A DNA stretch of 64,000 nucleotides from Promethearchaeota archaeon. Its GTDB lineage: Archaea > Asgardarchaeota > Lokiarchaeia > Sigyniarchaeales > SOKP01. The notes under the pieces are model-generated. The model did no database searches and had not been told where the DNA came from. It saw only the letters and a list, made by a program, of their open reading frames with translations. The DNA lies in contig JAHPZE010000004.1 in NCBI GenBank assembly GCA_019058365.1, positions 128,001 to 192,000 on the forward strand. Direction: 5' to 3'. The stretch's first letter is position 1. Each line of letters begins with the position of its first letter. This document shows positions 61,784 to 64,000 of this stretch, in pieces. Position numbers and translations under genes: made by a program.

Positions 61784-62827
61784 GTGGATAATAAAATGAA
61801 CTCTTTAGAAACGCCACTCTTAAGAAATCCCCTAATTAAAAAGAAAATTTGTATTTTAGGAGGGACTGAAAATTATAAAGATGAGTTTCAAAAAAAATTG
61901 AGTTCAAATTCCTTACCTTTAGAAAATAAACAAAATATAGGCGTAAATATTAGCAAAATTGATTTTTCATTTAAAAAATATGAAAAATTTGAATTTCTTT
62001 TATGGAATATTGATTGTAGACAACAGAGAGCTTATTTACGAACTATTTTTTATAATGGGGCAGAAGCTATAATAATTTTCATTTCTGAAACAAAAGTGGA
62101 TCAAATTTTATATTATTTTAATGAAATCCAAGCACGAATACCATCAATTAATATAATTTTTTGCATAATCCTTGAACATTTTACTAGAGAAGAAATTATT
62201 AACAGGCATTTAAAGAATGAAGATTTTAATTCAATTATAAAATCAAATAATGTTTATATTGATGAAATATCTGAGCCTTTAGAGATTCTGGATCAAATAT
62301 GTTCAATTTTTTTAAAGAGAAATAAATATAAAGAAATGGAAAATGTTTATATCATAGACTTTATTCCTTTAAATCTCCTTTTCGATCATTCTGACGTCAC
62401 TGATGAATGTAATGACTATTATGAACCTGAAAGACATAATACAAATATTATTCGAGCAATAAATACAGAACAATTAATAAAATATATTTTAAACTTAAAC
62501 TTGAAAGTTCAAATTGAGTCTGATAATTGGATTCGAGTTAAAAATAAGGAACTTGGCAACTTTTCAATTTATCTTAAAAATGGTAATGTATATTATTATC
62601 CTAAAATATGTGAAAAATGCCGGGATAATAGATGCTTAAAATTCAAAAAAGCTCCTTTTTTTATTTGTATTGAAGCGGGAGAATCAGCGGGTTGGACAAA
62701 TATCGATGGATTTGAACAAAGTGAACTTCTCATCATAACTAAAATACTTGCATTAAAAGAAGGAAATGAAAATAATTTGCCTAAATCAGTGCTAAAACAA
62801 ATTAAAAATTTGAATAGATGTGAATGA
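61784..62827 (+). CDS. Degenerate Ras-like GTPase domain + Cys-containing C-terminal domain
   Basis: KKICILGG, IGVNI, FLLWNID, FYNGAEAIII pattern, but no GKS/T or DxxG. Confidence 0.6.
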   Translation: MDNKMNSLETPLLRNPLIKKKICILGGTENYKDEFQKKLSSNSLPLENKQNIGVNISKIDFSFKKYEKFEFLLWNIDCRQQRAYLRTIFYNGAEAIIIFISETKVDQILYYFNEIQARIPSINIIFCIILEHFTREEIINRHLKNEDFNSIIKSNNVYIDEISEPLEILDQICSIFLKRNKYKEMENVYIIDFIPLNLLFDHSDVTDECNDYYEPERHNTNIIRAINTEQLIKYILNLNLKVQIESDNWIRVKNKELGNFSIYLKNGNVYYYPKICEKCRDNRCLKFKKAPFFICIEAGESAGWTNIDGFEQSELLIITKILALKEGNENNLPKSVLKQIKNLNRCE

Positions 62828-62842
62828 TTAAAGTAGTGAAAA

Positions 62843-63265
62843 ATGACTGCAATTTTAAAAACATTTGATTTAAAGACAAAAGCATATTATGATGTAATTA
62901 ATATTACCGAGCAAGTTGAACATTGTATTAACAATAGTAATATCAATAACGGAATTGTAAATGTTCATGTAGCAGGATCCACAGGAGCAATTTCTACTGT
63001 AGAGTATGAACCAGGTCTGGTAAAATATGATATCAAAAATCTCTTAGAAAAGCTAATTCCATATGATGAACATTATAGTCATCACGAAACTTGGCATGAT
63101 TATAATGGAGCAGGACATTTAAGAAGTTTCTTAATAAAAACTTCTCAGGTATTTCCATTTAAAAATCAAAAGTTAATATTAGGAACGTGGCAACAGATAA
63201 TTTTCATCGAATGTGATGAAAAAGCGAGATCAAGAAAAATATATTGTATGATTGTTGGTGACTAA
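62843..63265 (+). CDS. YjbQ/UPF0047 family protein
   Basis: GSTGA..E, NGAGHLRS, LGTWQQI. Confidence 0.9.
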   Translation: MTAILKTFDLKTKAYYDVINITEQVEHCINNSNINNGIVNVHVAGSTGAISTVEYEPGLVKYDIKNLLEKLIPYDEHYSHHETWHDYNGAGHLRSFLIKTSQVFPFKNQKLILGTWQQIIFIECDEKARSRKIYCMIVGD

Positions 63266-63304
63266 GTATTCTTATAGAATTTAAAAAAATAAATAAAATT
63301 ATTT

Positions 63305-63535
63305 TTATTTAGATTTTGTGTTTTTTATTAAATTATCCAATTCTGATATTATTAATTGGTATTTGTCACGTATTCGAATTTTCTGGAATTTCTCTGTAAG
63401 ATCCATAACAGAGTTATCAAATTCCTTTACTTTTTCAGTAAAAACAGGGATTTTTTTCATTGTTTTATAAGTATTTGCTTTTAAACTTATCTGATACTCT
63501 AAATTTTCTAAAAATTTGTTTTCTTCTTTTATCAA
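63305..63535 (-). CDS. Hypothetical protein (possibly a fragment)
   Basis: Short ORF with TTG start only. Confidence 0.3.
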   Translation of the reverse strand: MIKEENKFLENLEYQISLKANTYKTMKKIPVFTEKVKEFDNSVMDLTEKFQKIRIRDKYQLIISELDNLIKNTKSK

Positions 63536-63852
63536 TCACATCATCTCTTTTATGAATTAAATCTTTGAGTAAAATCAGTTTGTTCGCTTTAAAAAATATA
63601 AATATCATTTATGTGTCATCGAAATTTCTCTGTAATCGGTATTCTTTTAAGAAATTCTCCCAAGAAATTGAAATTATAAGCATAGGAGTAACATTTAGAT
63701 ACGATCTCGATATTATAGCAAGCAATATAGCTAATAATTCCAAGATTAAAATTGAAAAACTCATTTTCGCATTCGCAGAAATTTAAATTTAAATGAATCT
63801 ATTATTTTATTAACTTCGATAAATTGCTTTAACGAATATGAGCTGAAAATTT

Positions 63853-64000
63853 TTGGAAGGTTTATTTTTAAAAATTGTAGTAAGTGGGCTTGATAATGCA
63901 GGTAAAACCTCAATCTTAACTGCACTTGATAAAAAGTATGATTTTGAAAAAGATATTGTACAACTTAAACCCACCATTAGAATAGAGTATCATAAGATGA
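63853..64000 (+). CDS. Arf/Arl-like small GTPase, 5' part (runs off window)
   Basis: Manual translation MEGLFLKIVVSGLDNAGKTSILTAL..LKPTIRIEY. Confidence 0.85.
   Translation, partial: MEGLFLKIVVSGLDNAGKTSILTALDKKYDFEKDIVQLKPTIRIEYHKM

Noticed and set aside
63565-63786. 73-aa plus-strand ORF and an overlapping 51-aa minus-strand frame
   Set aside because: No motifs; cannot decide between strands, possibly a gene remnant

Overview
Very AT-rich archaeal chromosomal window that looks like Lokiarchaeia/Asgard. This is inferred from archaeal EF-1beta, RpoD, L18e, Sm and RIO2 genes alongside several small Rab/Arf-like GTPases, a gelsolin-like domain, LRR proteins and multi-PAS histidine kinases. 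About 12.7-64 kb is mostly housekeeping: lpdA, mutL/mutS, a split 2-oxoacid:ferredoxin oxidoreductase operon, aroC/aroA, r-proteins, rpoD, glyA and trmI. About 1.6-12.5 kb is an accessory, defence-like island punctuated by three same-orientation copies of an unannotated ~80-nt structured element. The island holds (i) a three-gene split, catalytically dead Argonaute operon (putative N-lobe partner + MID-PIWI + helical/DUF4145-HEPN-like putative effector) with a decayed divergent wHTH regulator; (ii) a COMM-domain-like / DUF5678-like / retropepsin operon with a decayed membrane gene; (iii) an ankyrin-TIR gene interrupted by one in-frame TAG and flanked by 157-bp direct repeats; and (iv) LRR genes. 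No tRNA, rRNA, CRISPR array, integrase or transposase was recognised. All family calls come from motif recognition by eye, with no database search.
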